Source: Octopus vulgaris
Lineage: Eukaryota
Length of the DNA stretch: 64,000 nucleotides
Assembly (NCBI GenBank): GCA_951406725.2
Contig: OX597814.1
Location: forward strand, 188,852,001 to 188,916,000
Direction of reading: 5' to 3'
Shown here: positions 12,745 through 26,460 of the stretch, one piece after another
Position numbering within the stretch: position 1 is the first letter of the stretch
Layout of the letters: each line of letters starts with the position of its first letter
Position numbers and translations under genes: made by a program
Notes under the pieces: model-generated
Database searches by the model: none
The model's input: the letters and a program-made list of their open reading frames with translations, nothing else
Told to the model about the DNA's origin: nothing

Positions 12745-13215
12745 CAATGGTTTCACGTCATGACAGAATTAATAGTCAAGACTATTTAAGCATTTTATGT
12801 GATCAAATTCATACTATGGCTGCGGAATTGTTTCCGGAGATAAACACAATCTTTCAGGGCTCTAATGCACCAATTCACACAGCTAAAGTGTTACTGAATG
12901 ACACGAGTAACATTCCAGTGAAGTTGAACACTTTATCTGGCCACCACAGTCCCCAGATCTCAATATTATTGAACATTTATGGTGCATTTTAGAAAAACAA
13001 GTAAGGATTTGATAACCTCCAGCATCACCACTACAAGAACTGGAAACTGTTTTAGCCGAAGAAGGGACAAAAATTCCTTTGGAAACAATTGAAACCTTGT
13101 CAGTCCATACCTCGTAGAATTCAAGCTGTAATTATTGCAAAAGACAGTCCTACTCCATATTAAAATAAATTTGCTTGAAATTTTAAGGTGTTTCCATTAT
13201 TTTGTCCAACCCCTG
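12745..13215 (+). mobile_element. Tc1-family (DD34E-type) transposase pseudogene 3' part with terminal repeat
   Basis: Frameshifted IFQ..NAPIHTAK / WPPQSPDLNIIEHLW / SIPRRIQAVI; ends ttttgtccaacccctg. Confidence 0.8.
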
Positions 13216-13236
13216 GGTATGCATATATACATACGC

Positions 13237-13470
13237 GAAGGCGGCGAGCTGGCAGAAACGTTAGCACGCCAGGCGAAATGCGTTGCCGTATTTCGTCTGC
13301 CGTTACGTTCCGAGTTCAAATTCCGCCGAGGTCGACTTTGCCTTTCATCCTTCCGGGGTCGATAAATTAAGTACCAGTTACGCACTGGGGTCGATGTAAT
13401 CGACTTAATCCGTTTGTCTGTCCTTTTTTGTCTCCTCTGTGTTTAGCCCCTTGTGGGTAGTAAAGGAATA
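13237..13470 (+). mobile_element. tRNA-derived SINE family C (Deu/Nin-like central domain)
   Basis: gaaggcggcgagctggcag head, gagttcaaattcc B box, gcctttcatcctt.cggggtcgataaattaagtaccag domain. Confidence 0.85.
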
Positions 13471-14192
13471 TATATACATACGCATATATTGGTGTATGTA
13501 TACGTTTGTGTTTGTTTGCGTATCAGGGCTGGTTTTAAGATGAAAGCAGGGTTTGAGCCTGTCGATATTTCAGATTTGGCACATAAGCATCTAGTTCAAA
13601 TCAAGTTATGGTTTAATATTTTGAAATAGCATATTCTGTAATAACACCATTAAAGGCTTTTCAAATGAATTATTGTTAAAATATATGAAAAAAAAAAGGT
13701 TTTGAAATAGTGTCAAAAATGCGAAATGTATAACACATGCAGCAGAAAACGACAAAAGAAAGAAAAATTTTACATAGTAACTTTAATAAACACGCACACG
13801 TACACACATACGCAAACACACACACACACACGCACACACACAGAGAGGCAGACACAGACACACACACACACATGCAGTTACACATTCACATACTCACACA
13901 AACAAACGCAAAAGAAAAAATATCAAGAGAGAATGTAAGGTTTTCATAGAAACGTAACAGCACCGCCATGTTTAGTTTCAGATGTACACCATTGACTGTG
14001 CATAAGCATATATTAATATACGTTGCAATCAATTTTCGTGCGCGCTCAAACATACGTACAATCACGTAAACACCTCGTCACACACACACACACATATATA
14101 TATCTGCATGTTCATCTCTCTATATATGTATATAAACACGCTTATATATATATATATACAGATGCATATATATGTATATATGTATATAGATA

Positions 14193-14246
<54 letters not shown>

Positions 14247-14394
14247 TATGTATACATACAAACACATATATGTACATGTATATATTAGATATACATACAT
14301 ACATATATATATATATGTATATATATATACATATATATATGTAAATATACATACATATATATATATATATATATACATACATATATATATGTAA

Positions 14395-14427
<33 letters not shown>

Positions 14428-14445
14428 CATATATATGTATGTATG

Positions 14446-14476
<31 letters not shown>

Positions 14477-14629
14477 ATATATATATATATGTATGTATAT
14501 GTATATGTATGTATGTATATCTAATATATACATGTACATATATGTGTTTGTGTGTATACATATTCATATATTCTTTTATTCTTTTATTTCTTTCAGTCAT
14601 TTGTCTGTGGCCATGCTGGAGCACTGCAT

Positions 14630-14691
<62 letters not shown>

Positions 14692-15291
14692 GAACACAGG
14701 CATAACTACGCGCTAGCTGTATTCCTGGTGAAATCGTAAGGTGGCTGTATGCTTTCTCTCGTTTTTTCTGCATTGCTATTTCACATGTGTAAACTATGTA
14801 TTTAAATTTTGCTGTAACATCTAGATGTGAAACAGATTTTGATATTTAGTAAAGGAACTGAAATATCTAACATTCTCTTATAGATTCAGAAAGTAAACGG
14901 TTCCAGAAATCCAAGAAAGATTTCTTTGCTTTTGACACTCATTCAGATACTATTAAATCGAATGCATGTTTCTATTTAGGAATTTATAATATTCGCCATT
15001 TTAGCTTTTCTTTTTTCTGTATCCTTTTGCCATTTCATGCGTACACAACCTATATACGTGTACATACGTGTACATACATTCATATACACAAACGTATGTA
15101 TATGTACGTATATTATATATACATATACATATACATATATATATATATATAAATACGTACATATATATATGTGTGTATATATGTATATATATATATATTT
15201 ATATATATATATATATATCTGTATGTTTATGTATGTGTGTATACATATATATCAATGAATTTATCTATATATCGATAAACCTTCCCGTTAT

Positions 15292-15328
<37 letters not shown>

Positions 15329-15352
15329 CACATGTATATATATATATGTATG

Positions 15353-15386
<34 letters not shown>

Positions 15387-15811
15387 TGTATGTATGTATG
15401 TATGTATGTATGTATGTATGCATGTATTTCAGCTATAAAGGCCACCTTTAGAGAAAATCCCACGTGAATGTGTAGTATGCATGAAAAACGTTAGAATACT
15501 CGTGAATTTTATAACCAATGACTTTTTGGTTCTCAGTACATGGAATGAATTTCATATGATATGTGTACAAGTACTGTGTATTAGTTTAAATCTTTCGTAT
15601 GCAACTGTTTCTTTCTATCTACCACCATACATTTCGTTCATTTACACACATACTGCAGTACACATATTGTAATAGAAGTAATTATACAAGCATACACGCA
15701 ATTGGTGATGTATGTAAAAATACCTGATCTCTTATGAATGTGTGCATGTCAATATGTAATTCTGTCGTACATTAAAATACTTGCATATTGCAGAACATAA
15801 ATGCCTACATG

Positions 15812-16670
15812 TACAGGGTGAGATCAGTAAATTGTCTAATCGCTCTTATAAGAAAATAACGCCTGGATTTGGTGATGAGATCCAGGCCACGATAGACAAC
15901 GATTCCTCCAAGTCAATCAGGTCTAGCACCAGGGATTTGGGTGTGCTTGTGTTTCTTATCAGGCAGGTAGTGCATGAAGACATTCAGTATTCCTCATACA
16001 AAATGGGAAAGAGTAAATTTTTATCCTAAGTCAACAAGGACAAGAGGAAAGACCGCGCTACGAAGAGTTTGAACGATCACAAGCATTCCCTGCAACCGAA
16101 CATACTTTGGTTTTTCTCAGACGACAAAAAATTCATACCAGGGTCATATGGTGAACACACAGAACAAGCGTCGGCTTGCCGTGTCCCCAAAACATGTATC
16201 GAAAGTGATAAAAATCAAACATTCCGTCAACATCATGGTGTTTGGAGTGATCACTAGTGATGGTGACGTTATGCGTCCATTCATCTTCCCACATGGCCTC
16301 AGACTCAACACAGTAACCTACATCAAATCCCTGGAGAAGGATGTGCTGCCCTGGGTCAAGAGAGTGGCTGCTGGAAGACCCTATATCTGGCAACAGAGCT
16401 CTGAACCATGTCACACAAGCAGGAAGACAGAGTCATGACTGTCAGACAATTTCTGCGACCACATTACTCCTTACATCTGGCCACCAACATCAAGTGCCCG
16501 GAGAAGATGTCAGGGGTAATGTGGCAGCATTCATCACCTTAAACAAGGGGACCCTTCAGAAAGATTGCAGGAGATTCCGAAGTCATCTCGAGAATGTGGT
16601 TGAAACCAATAGCAAATTTACTAAATAAATTTACTCTTTAGTATTTCAAGATATTTTTGCGTAATTTAAA
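15812..16670 (+). mobile_element. maT/DD37D-like Tc1-mariner relic, copy 1
   Basis: tacagggtg terminus; WFFSDDKKF, MVFGVITSDGDVM and PYIWQQSSEPCHTS in shifted frames. Confidence 0.75.
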
Positions 16671-16693
16671 CGTGAGTTTATTCACAAAACCCA

Positions 16694-16743
<50 letters not shown>

Positions 16744-16942
16744 ATTCGTTAGCTACTGCACGCATTTTTTTTCTCTCCTTCTTTCTGTGTTTTTCTCTCT
16801 CTGTGTATCTTTCTGTTGAAGAGCGTAGGCTCGAAACGTTAAAGACTTGTTTTATTTATATTTCCTGAGCGCCATACTAATACAATTGTTCGTTTGTTTT
16901 CCACCTGCCTTCGTCTTTTGTTTATTTTCATAAAGCTTCCCG

Positions 16943-16944
<2 letters not shown>
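16744..16944 (+). mobile_element. Penelope-like terminal repeat (family P1), solo copy in (TA)n
   Basis: Nearly identical to 55638-55838 and 56256-56453; its 3' part is joined to the RT/GIY-YIG ORF at 18306-18400. Confidence 0.8.
16808..16845 (+). ncRNA. Hammerhead-like motif, variant core CUGUUGA
   Basis: tcttt CTGTTGA a gagc gtag gctc GAAA c GTT aaaga. Confidence 0.6.
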
Positions 16945-16986
<42 letters not shown>

Positions 16987-16988
16987 AC

Positions 16989-17023
<35 letters not shown>

Positions 17024-17142
17024 AATATATATACAGGTATGTATATATAAAGGTATATATATATACATATATATATATATATGTATGTATATATATATAT
17101 ATATAGATATATATATATACACCCATATATATATATATATTT

Positions 17143-17175
<33 letters not shown>

Positions 17176-17385
17176 CGTATATATACATGTATATATATAT
17201 AAATCAATATATACATATGCATACATATATATATAAATAAAAATACATACACATACACACCCACACACACATACGTATATACATAAAGATAGATACATTA
17301 CATACACATTACATACACACACATATACATACATGAACATATATGTACATATATATCCAAAAATATATATTTGTACGTATATAGT

Positions 17386-18250
17386 TTGCGATGGGTAAAT
17401 TGTCGCTTTATTACGCTTTTAATTTCGCGCATGCCCTTTGTTTCTTCTTGGGTTTTTCGAGTACAGACTATAGTAGGGTCGGTTGGGCACAGTCTGTGGA
17501 TAAAACAACACCATGAAGCAATTTACTCTGCCAAGAATTTGGAAACAACTTACTTTACTGCTTGGCATTCGCGCCTGCAGCTCCAATACGAACAGATGAT
17601 GAACATGTACGTTGGCTTGCCGTGTCCCCAAAACATGTACCGAGAGTGATAAAAATCAAACATCCCTACAACATCATGGTGTTTGGAGTGATCACTAGTG
17701 ATGGCGACGTTATGCTTCCAGTGATCTTCCCACACAACCCCAGGCTCAACACGGAGGCCTAGGTCAAGTGTCTGCAGGACGTAGTGCCGTCCTGGCTCAA
17801 GAGAATGACAGCTGTAAGATCCGATGTCTGGTAACAGGATTCTTCACCATGCCACATACACAGGAGGACCGAGTCATGACTGTCAGACAATTTCTGCAAC
17901 CACACCGCCCCTAACATCTGGCCACCTAACTCCTCAGAGTTATTGTGTGAGGGAAGCAGTTGTGCAAGAGACCAACAAAAACCCCTTGTAACACCATAGA
18001 TGAACTGAAAGCAAGGATTATGGCAGCATTCACCAACTGAAGAACGAGAACGTACAGAAGAGTTCCAGAAGATTCCAAAGTTGTTTTGAGGCATGTTTGA
18101 AGCAAATGGCGATTTTATTGAATAAATTTACTCTTTAGTGTCTCAAGAGGTTTTTATGTAATTTTGGTAAATATACCTTTTAAAATAAGATGTCAGTGTT
18201 ATTTTCATTGTTGCGTAATTTATACGACAGTTTGTTCACTGCACCTTGTA
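17386..18250 (+). mobile_element. maT/DD37D-like relic, copy 2, with 3' terminus
   Basis: Homologous to 16148-16670; QDSSPCH..WPPNS motif region; ends caccttgta. Confidence 0.75.
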
Positions 18251-18305
18251 TAAGTATGGATATGCATGTGTATGCATGCATGTATATACATATATATATA
18301 TATAT

Positions 18306-19441
18306 AACGGGAAGCTTTATGAAAATAAACAAAAGACGAAGGCAGGTGGAAAACAAACGAACAATTGTATTAGTATGGCGCTCAGGAAATATAAATAAAA
18401 CCTCTGTGTAAGGACAAACCGAACACAGATAGGTGTTGCAAGGAGTGACCGGTGGAGCGGAAATGGCGTGAGACCGGTGTGTCGTTCGCAAGGTGGATGT
18501 CACGAAGGTGTTCCGCGAACCGGTCAGCCAAGCGGCGTCCCGTTTGTCCGATGTACAAGGAATTGCAGAGAGAGCAAGAGATGCAATAGATAATATTGCT
18601 GGAGGTGCAGGTGAAGGAGTGGATGATGGGATAGGGTCGATGGTGGGTGCTAGTGAGGCGGGTGGTATTGGAGAGGTAAGGGCAAGTGCGGCAACGTGGG
18701 CGGGAGCAGGGGAACGAGCCGGGTTGGGAGGTAGGGTCAGGGAAGGAGCTATGGACCAAAAGGTCTCGAAGGTTGTGGGCTCGTTTGAAAGAGGGGAGGG
18801 GTCGGTTAGGGAAGAGGTGTGAAGTGGACGGGTCGGACTGGAGATGACGGAAAGCTCGAAGAATGGTGCGTTGGAGACGTAGGGTCGTGGGGTGGTAAGT
18901 GAGGGGAAAAGGGAGGCGGGAGACTACAGGGCGGGTTCGGGGAGAGAGAGCAGATACACGGTCCACGGACCGTGCTCTGGCAAGGGCGGTGTGGATAGTG
19001 GTGAAGGGGTATCCACGTAGGGTGAAGTGGTGAGCCATACGTTGAGACTGAGTCTCAAAGTCATGGTCGTCACTACAGAGCCTACGTAGACGGAGGAATT
19101 GGGAATAGGGGATGGAAAGCTTGGTGTGTTCTGGGTGGGAGGAAGAGAAGTTGAGGTATGAGTGTGAGTCTGTGTGTTTGTAGTGAATGGAGGTGGTAAG
19201 AGTGGAGTGAAGAATGCTAACCGAAATGTCGAGGAAGGAGACAGAGGTGTTGGAGATAGTGGAAGTGAAGTGGAGGGCTGGATGGAAAGATTGGACGAAA
19301 GAGAGGAAGGAATCTAGATGTTCGCGGGAGAGTGAGGTGGCACCGATAATGTCGTCAATATAACGACCATATAGTTCAGGAGTGGGACCAGTGAAATTAG
19401 AGAATATTTGGGCCTCAACATAGCCAACGAACAGGTTCGCA
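18306..19441 (-). mobile_element. 5'-truncated Penelope-like retroelement (Neptune-type)
   Basis: RT/GIY-YIG ORF joined to the 3' part of the P1 terminal repeat; flanked by (TA)n on both sides. Confidence 0.9.
18382..19440 (-). pseudogene. Penelope RT C-terminal half + GIY-YIG endonuclease, truncated at both ends
   Basis: Frame extends upstream of the listed ATG: ANLFVGYVE..YGRYIDD..FLD..YKHTD..SSSHP..LRRLCS; CSRPRCRTC linker; NIIYCISCSLCNSLYIGQTGRRLADRFAEH. Confidence 0.9.
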
Positions 19442-19684
19442 ATATATATATATATATATATCAGTATTTAAGTAATCAATAACGCATGTGTGAATGCGTA
19501 AGTATGGGCAATTATATCTGTGTATGTGTATTTTTGTGTGATGTATATTATACAGAAATCAGTACATTACTATATATTTGATTTCATTTTTCCAGTTTAG
19601 AGATATTTCTCTGGTTATAATATCACTCAAAGATTGTTCACAGGCATGGAGAATTTAATTTATTAAATACATATAAAGTCATAA

Positions 19685-19936
<252 letters not shown>

Positions 19937-19975
19937 GTGTATGTGTGTATTTGTATGTGTGCGTGTGTATATGCA

Positions 19976-20008
<33 letters not shown>

Positions 20009-20151
20009 CGTTTTATTTATTATTTTGCAAACTACTAATTGGTATATGTTTTTATCTTATATTTAATTTTTTCTATAGGATGTAATTTTTTTCTATAATG
20101 TATAATTCAATTTTTTCATTGTTGAATTGATAAAAAGTGTTTTTTTTTCTA

Positions 20152-20202
<51 letters not shown>

Positions 20203-21678
20203 GAAATTTGATTTCGTATTTCTAAATTGAATTTTTCCCCATAAGTTTGGAATAATATTCCCTAATATTATGTATATATATATATATTGCTTCAGTCAAT
20301 TATGTATATATATATATATATATATATTGCTTCAGTCATGGGAATGTGGTCATGCTAGAGCACTGCATTAATTTGTTTAGTACTTATCGACCCCAGTACT
20401 GTTTTAAATTCCTCTCGTCACTCTATATTGTCTTCTGTGGATGGCGGACAGTCTGAACTCTTACTTCATCATGAAGACAATGATGACACATTGCTTGTAC
20501 ATGAAACGCATTATTTGTAATGAAGAACAGGAAGAAAAGTTACTCGAGGGGAAACTTACTCTAACAACGTGTGCAATCTGAACGACCAATGTCAGTTAAT
20601 AAAAAAAAATGTTATGCTCAAATTTGCCATTGATTTTAGTACAGCACTCGCATAATATGGACTGTTATACTGTGCTCGATGAAATGCGACATTATAGGGA
20701 GGTTTCTAAAGCAATATTTTACATGAAACAGAACATAGATAATCTAGAACCCTGTTATTCGGCAAATACTTAAAACGGTACTTCAAAGATCGCTGATATA
20801 AGATGCAGAAACGTATATTGTAGAAATAATGATATTGAATAAAATATCACTTTGTACTCTATATATAAAAGTTATACCTCTCTGTAGTATATATGCTGCG
20901 TAGTATTACACAAAAGATAGTAGTGCACAAGTTAATAAATACTATATATAATACCATACCATGTACAATAGGATACAATAAAGTATGAAACACTGCACTG
21001 TATATATAAAGAACAGTATAGGAATGCCAGTAAAAATAATAAATACAGAGACATCAATCAAGCTTAGACGTGTCGAATTTTGAATAACTGAATTTTGTTT
21101 TTTCACTGACATAGTGATAGAGGAAGAAAAAGAAACAAAGAGTGACGGTGTGGGGGGGGGGCAGAGAAACAAGAATATATATATATATATATATATACAA
21201 TAGGAGGAGGAGAAGAGAAAACGAGACAGGCAAATTGAAAATCAATGCTTCTGAACCAAGCGTAAATTTTCTAGAATTCCTGCCAATTCCATCATCAGAT
21301 ATGTGTCCATGATTTCATAGAAAATTAGAAAAAATTGGCATTGAATCAAATTAATTCATAGTAATGATGTTGGGCCTCATAAGAGTTTCTCTTGGCAGCT
21401 TTTCGTTTTCGTTTCGTTTATTTCTTTTAAATGTTATTTGAAGTGCTGTTTGTTTTCCTTTAGTTTCACCACATAATCATCAATAGTTAAACTAGTCGAA
21501 AACAGTAAGGAAGTTCTCCATTGCGTTGTATTTTATCCAACCATAATGGGCAGACGTCAGAACTATCTGTACTAAGTATGTGTACCTTCCTATTGGGATA
21601 TGGGAGGTCCATTGAACAGCTGTCTATCACCGGTTTCTGTTGGGGTAAGTGAATAAGAGATATTTTCCACACCTTAAT

Positions 21679-22072
21679 GGAGTTTTTGGAAGCACTCCGT
21701 CGGTTACGACGATGAGGGTTCCGGTTGATCCGAATCAACGGAACAGCCTGCTCGTGAAATTAACGTGTAAGTGGCTGAGCACTCCACAGACACGTGTACC
21801 CTTAACGTAGTTCTCGGGGATATTCAGCGTGACACAGAGAGTGACAAGGCCGGCCCTTTGAAATACAAGTACAGCAGAAACAGGAAGTAAGAGTGAGAGA
21901 AAGTTGTGGTGAAAGAGTACAGCAGGGATCACCACCATCCCCTGCCGGAGCTCGTGGAGCTTTAGGTGTTTTCGCTCTATAAACACTCACAACGCCCGGT
22001 CTGGGAATCGAAACCGCGATCCTATGACCGCGAGTCCGCTGCCCTAACCACTGAGCCATTGCGCCTCCACCA
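21679..22072 (-). mobile_element. SINE family A, full length
   Basis: TSD acaccttaat at 21669-21678 / 22073-22082. Confidence 0.92.
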
Positions 22073-22193
22073 ACACCTTAATATCGTTGCTAACTTTTCC
22101 CATCGGAGAGATTGAGCTTAGCATAGAAGAGATTGAGCTTAGCATAGAAGAGCATTGTCAGTATTTGGTTGATAGAAACTTAGAGTGGCCCGT

Positions 22194-22236
<43 letters not shown>

Positions 22237-22304
22237 CTGGTTTCTAAACATATATATATATAATTATATACATGTACATATATGTATATATACATACATA
22301 TCTA

Positions 22305-22405
<101 letters not shown>

Positions 22406-22446
22406 TTATAAACAAGGGCTAAAGAAAATTATTTGTTTCTATGCCA

Positions 22447-22447
<1 letters not shown>

Positions 22448-22540
<93 letters not shown>

Positions 22541-23600
22541 TGTGTACAGTGCTCAGGTGCACTACAACTCATCTAAAGTGTATATATAATCAGGTGAAGT
22601 TTCGGCGGATTTCGGAAAGCATGAGGGCCTTAAAAGATGCAGTGTCATGGCAGTCAACAACTGACGCAGGCAGTTTATTCCATGCTTCAGCAACTCTGAG
22701 CGTGAAAAAATGTTTCCGAAAGTCATGGGAGCTGTATTGTTTTCTGACTTTGTAGGCATGTCCACGTGTGTTAGACACATGGAGATCAAAAAGGTGTTCA
22801 GTGTTGTTGTTGGTGAGGTGGTTGATAACTTTGTGGGTGTTTACCAAGTCCGTCGCCAAACGCCGGAGCTTCAGTGAATCCATGCCCAGGGAAACAAGGC
22901 GCTCAGAATATGGTAGGTGTCTGATGGAGGGTATGCGTTTGGTTGCACGTCTCTGGACAGATTCCAGGAGGTCAATGTTCTGTGCAAGATAGGGGTTCCA
23001 AACTGATGATGCGAATTCCAAGTGTGGTCGTACCATAGCTGTATACAGTTTTAAATAGATGGCTGGAGAGCGGCTAACAAAAGACCTGCTGAGTGATGCC
23101 AAGACACCCTCGGCCTTCCTGACAATCTTAGAGATATGCTTTGACCAACGCAAATCACTGCTGACAGTGATGCCTAGGTCACGCTCGCAAGAGGATTTCT
23201 TGATATCAGTGTTGTGGAGGGAGTATGTGAACGCAGGGTTTTTTCTCCCAAAATGCATGGTGGTACACTTGTCCACAGCCAGTTTCAGTTGCCAGTCTGT
23301 GATCCATTGCTGCATTGTGTCTAGGTCTGATTGCAGGAAAGAGTTGTAGACATCAGGATCTGTCCTCTTGATTTCAAGGTACAGCTTGATGTCGTCTGCA
23401 TATTTCAATACTGTGGCATTCTCCAAATTGGCATCTATGTCGTTAATGTATGCCACAAACAAGAGGGGGCCAAGGACAGATCCCTGTGGTACACCCGATG
23501 ACATCTCATATGGTGTAGAGTGCTGTCCTAGAACTGTGACTACCTCCTTTCGGCTGAGGATGAAGGATTTCAACCAGTTAAAAAGGTCATCCCCAATATG
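22448..23600 (-). mobile_element. 5'-truncated CR1-group LINE (second family) with (TTA)n tail
   Basis: ORF 22590-23600 with SGVPQGSVLGPLLF, YADDIKL, ERDLGI and FFTLRVAEAWNKLP; short UTR; tail 22448-22540. Confidence 0.9.
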
Positions 23601-23877
23601 CTGATAACAGACTTTTAAATCGTCAATTTCCACATATTATTTACTCGCTACAGAAAACACGTAGAGCTGAAATCGAGGAAAGCTAGCCAACATAATTTTT
23701 TAAAAAAGCTCGTTATTTCTATATTGAATCAATTTCAGAATTAATCTCATAATAGATTTTTTTCCTCTTCAGTAGAAAATACGAAAAGAAATAAATGAAA
23801 TAATTACACGCGCCCATGGAAAAAGCCGAAGCAAGAATCATGAGTACATATAAGTACCCTAGATATATCTAAATATA

Positions 23878-23936
<59 letters not shown>

Positions 23937-23939
23937 TCT

Positions 23940-24313
23940 CCTTTACTCTTTTTACCCATTTACTTGTTTCAGTCATTTGATTATGGCCATGCTGGACTAC
24001 CGCTTTTAGTCGGCCAAATCAACCCCAGGTCTTATTCTTTGGAAGCCTAGTACTTATTCTTTCGGTCTCTTTCGGGGACGTAAACACACCAGCATCGGTT
24101 GTCAAGCGATGTTGGGAGGGGAACAAACACAGGGACCCAAACACACACATACATACATATATACGACGGGTTTCTTTCAGTTTCCGTCTACCAAATCCAC
24201 TCAGAAGGCTTTGGTCGGCCCGAGGCTATAGTAGAAGACACTTGTCACGTTGTGGGACTGAACCGGGAACCATGTGGTTAATTAGCAAGCTACTTATCAG
24301 ACAGCCACTCCTA

Positions 24314-24316
<3 letters not shown>
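23940..24316 (-). mobile_element. SINE family B
   Basis: Homology to other B copies; a plus-strand B tail follows at 24381-24440. Confidence 0.85.
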
Positions 24317-24384
<68 letters not shown>

Positions 24385-24673
24385 CGGTGCTCCAGCATGG
24401 CCGCAGTCAAATGACTGAAACAAGTAAAAGAGTAAAAGAGAATATATATGCGCGTGTGGTAGCCGATATAAATGTTGACTGATAGGCTTATTTCTTCAGT
24501 TACACATTACATCTAAAGAGGAATGGAGGGGAGTGATAGTATTTAGGCCAATAGAGTTAACATCAGAGGTGGAAAATAGGTGCAGCAGGCTTCAAGGCAG
24601 AAGTTTAAATGAATGCTACACACAAACACAAATACACGGCTGGAATGAAACAGGGAGAGAATGAGAGGAAGCG

Positions 24674-24749
<76 letters not shown>

Positions 24750-25192
24750 GACAGAGAGACAGAGAGAGAGAAAGGAAGAAGGAGTGGGAGAGGGGGAGAG
24801 AAAGAAGTACAGTGAGTGTTATATAGATCTTTTGATTTTACAAATTGTAATATTTCTTTGGCTGTATATAGGAAACAGAATTTTCTTCTAGGAATATTGT
24901 AAATTAAAATTTGATAGTGTATGCGCATTTATGTATGTACATAGAAGTACTCTAACAATAACGGCTCTAATATTTCGGACGTTCTATTCGTAAATCTGCA
25001 AAACTCCACTTTATTCCCATCTCTACATCTAAGTCGATGTACTTATCTAAATCAATACCATATACGTATATTCATCTGTCTGTCTGTCTGTCTCACTGTC
25101 TGTCTCTCTTCCCCTTCTCTTCTTCCCCAAAAGAAAAGCTCTACTTTGTATTTTGTCCCTTCTGTGTTTAGCCCTGCGTGGCCAATAAAGAA

Positions 25193-25239
<47 letters not shown>

Positions 25240-25252
25240 ATCTATCTACCTT

Positions 25253-25485
25253 CCTATTTCTTTACTACCCACAAGGGGCTGAACATAGAGGGGACAAACA
25301 AGGACAGACAAACGGATTAAGTCGATTACATCGACCCCAGTGCGTAACTGGTACTTATTTTATTGACCCCGGAAGGATGAAAGGCAAAGTCGACCTCGGC
25401 GGAATTTGAACTCAGAACGTAGAGACAGACGAAATACGGCTACGCTTTTCGCCCGGCGTGCTAACGTTTCTGCCAGCTCGCCACC
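25253..25485 (-). mobile_element. SINE family C
   Basis: Full monomer, reverse complement of the 13237 copy. Confidence 0.88.
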
Positions 25486-25769
25486 ATCTACCTACCTACA
25501 TACATACCTACCTACCTACCACTTCGTATGTCTCAAACTGTTTCCATATATCTCCGTACGTCTATACGTCTATACGTCTACAGACTTATTCCAGTCTGTA
25601 TTTACAACCAGCTTCCATATGAATCGAGTAATCTCGCTCTCTGCCCCCCTCTCTCTCAGTGTATATGGTTGTGCTTTTTTTAATTCTCTCTTGTATACGC
25701 TAATTTTTAAATAACCATCTCTTCTCCGGTATGATTGTACATATAGTTCGGTATATACCTTTTATCGTT

Positions 25770-25992
25770 TATCTTTTACTTGTTTCAGTCATTAGACTGC
25801 AGCCATTCTGGGGCACCACCTTGAAGTACTTTTAGTCGAATGTATCGACCCAATAATTACTTTTTAAAATCCGGCACTTATTCTATCGGCCTCGCTTACC
25901 GAGGCCACCTAGTTACGGAGACAAAAACACTCAAGCACCGGGGTTGTGAAGCGGTGGTGATGGAACAAACACAGACACAAAGACACAACCCC

Positions 25993-26000
<8 letters not shown>
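25770..26000 (-). mobile_element. SINE family B-related 3' part, diverged
   Basis: cttttacttgtttcagtcattagactgcagccattctggggcaccacc. Confidence 0.65.
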
Positions 26001-26040
<40 letters not shown>

Positions 26041-26279
26041 GATACGTTGTACATTTAAACACATTAAGAGTTTTCCATCATAGGAATCCTTTACGCTAGA
26101 AGGAATAGCTAAAGTCCAAAGCACTAATTAGAGATAAATTCTCGAAGGGAATGAAAAACAAAAACATTTAATGAACAATATATAGTCTATTGACAAAGTT
26201 TTCTATACGCTCTAGGCCACTGATAGTAAATATTTCTAAAATTTTTATTACCCTGACTTTATATATATATATGTATATA

Positions 26280-26341
<62 letters not shown>

Positions 26342-26460
26342 CTCTTTGTCTCTTTGTCTGGCGCCTTAGACCACTTTGTCATCCTGACATAAGTATAAAT
26401 TAAAACATAATTACATCCTCAATCCCAATAACATTTACTACTTAGAAAAATATATACAGG

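Noticed and set aside
21735-21986. Recurrent MFIERKHLKL... ORFs (also 58820, 62176, 6938)
   Set aside because: Incidental frames in SINE A copies; they differ by frameshifts between copies.
22107-22152. Short tandem duplications (21-mer here, ~19-mer at 40066-40103) as CRISPR-like repeats
   Set aside because: Only two adjacent units, no spacers, eukaryotic context.
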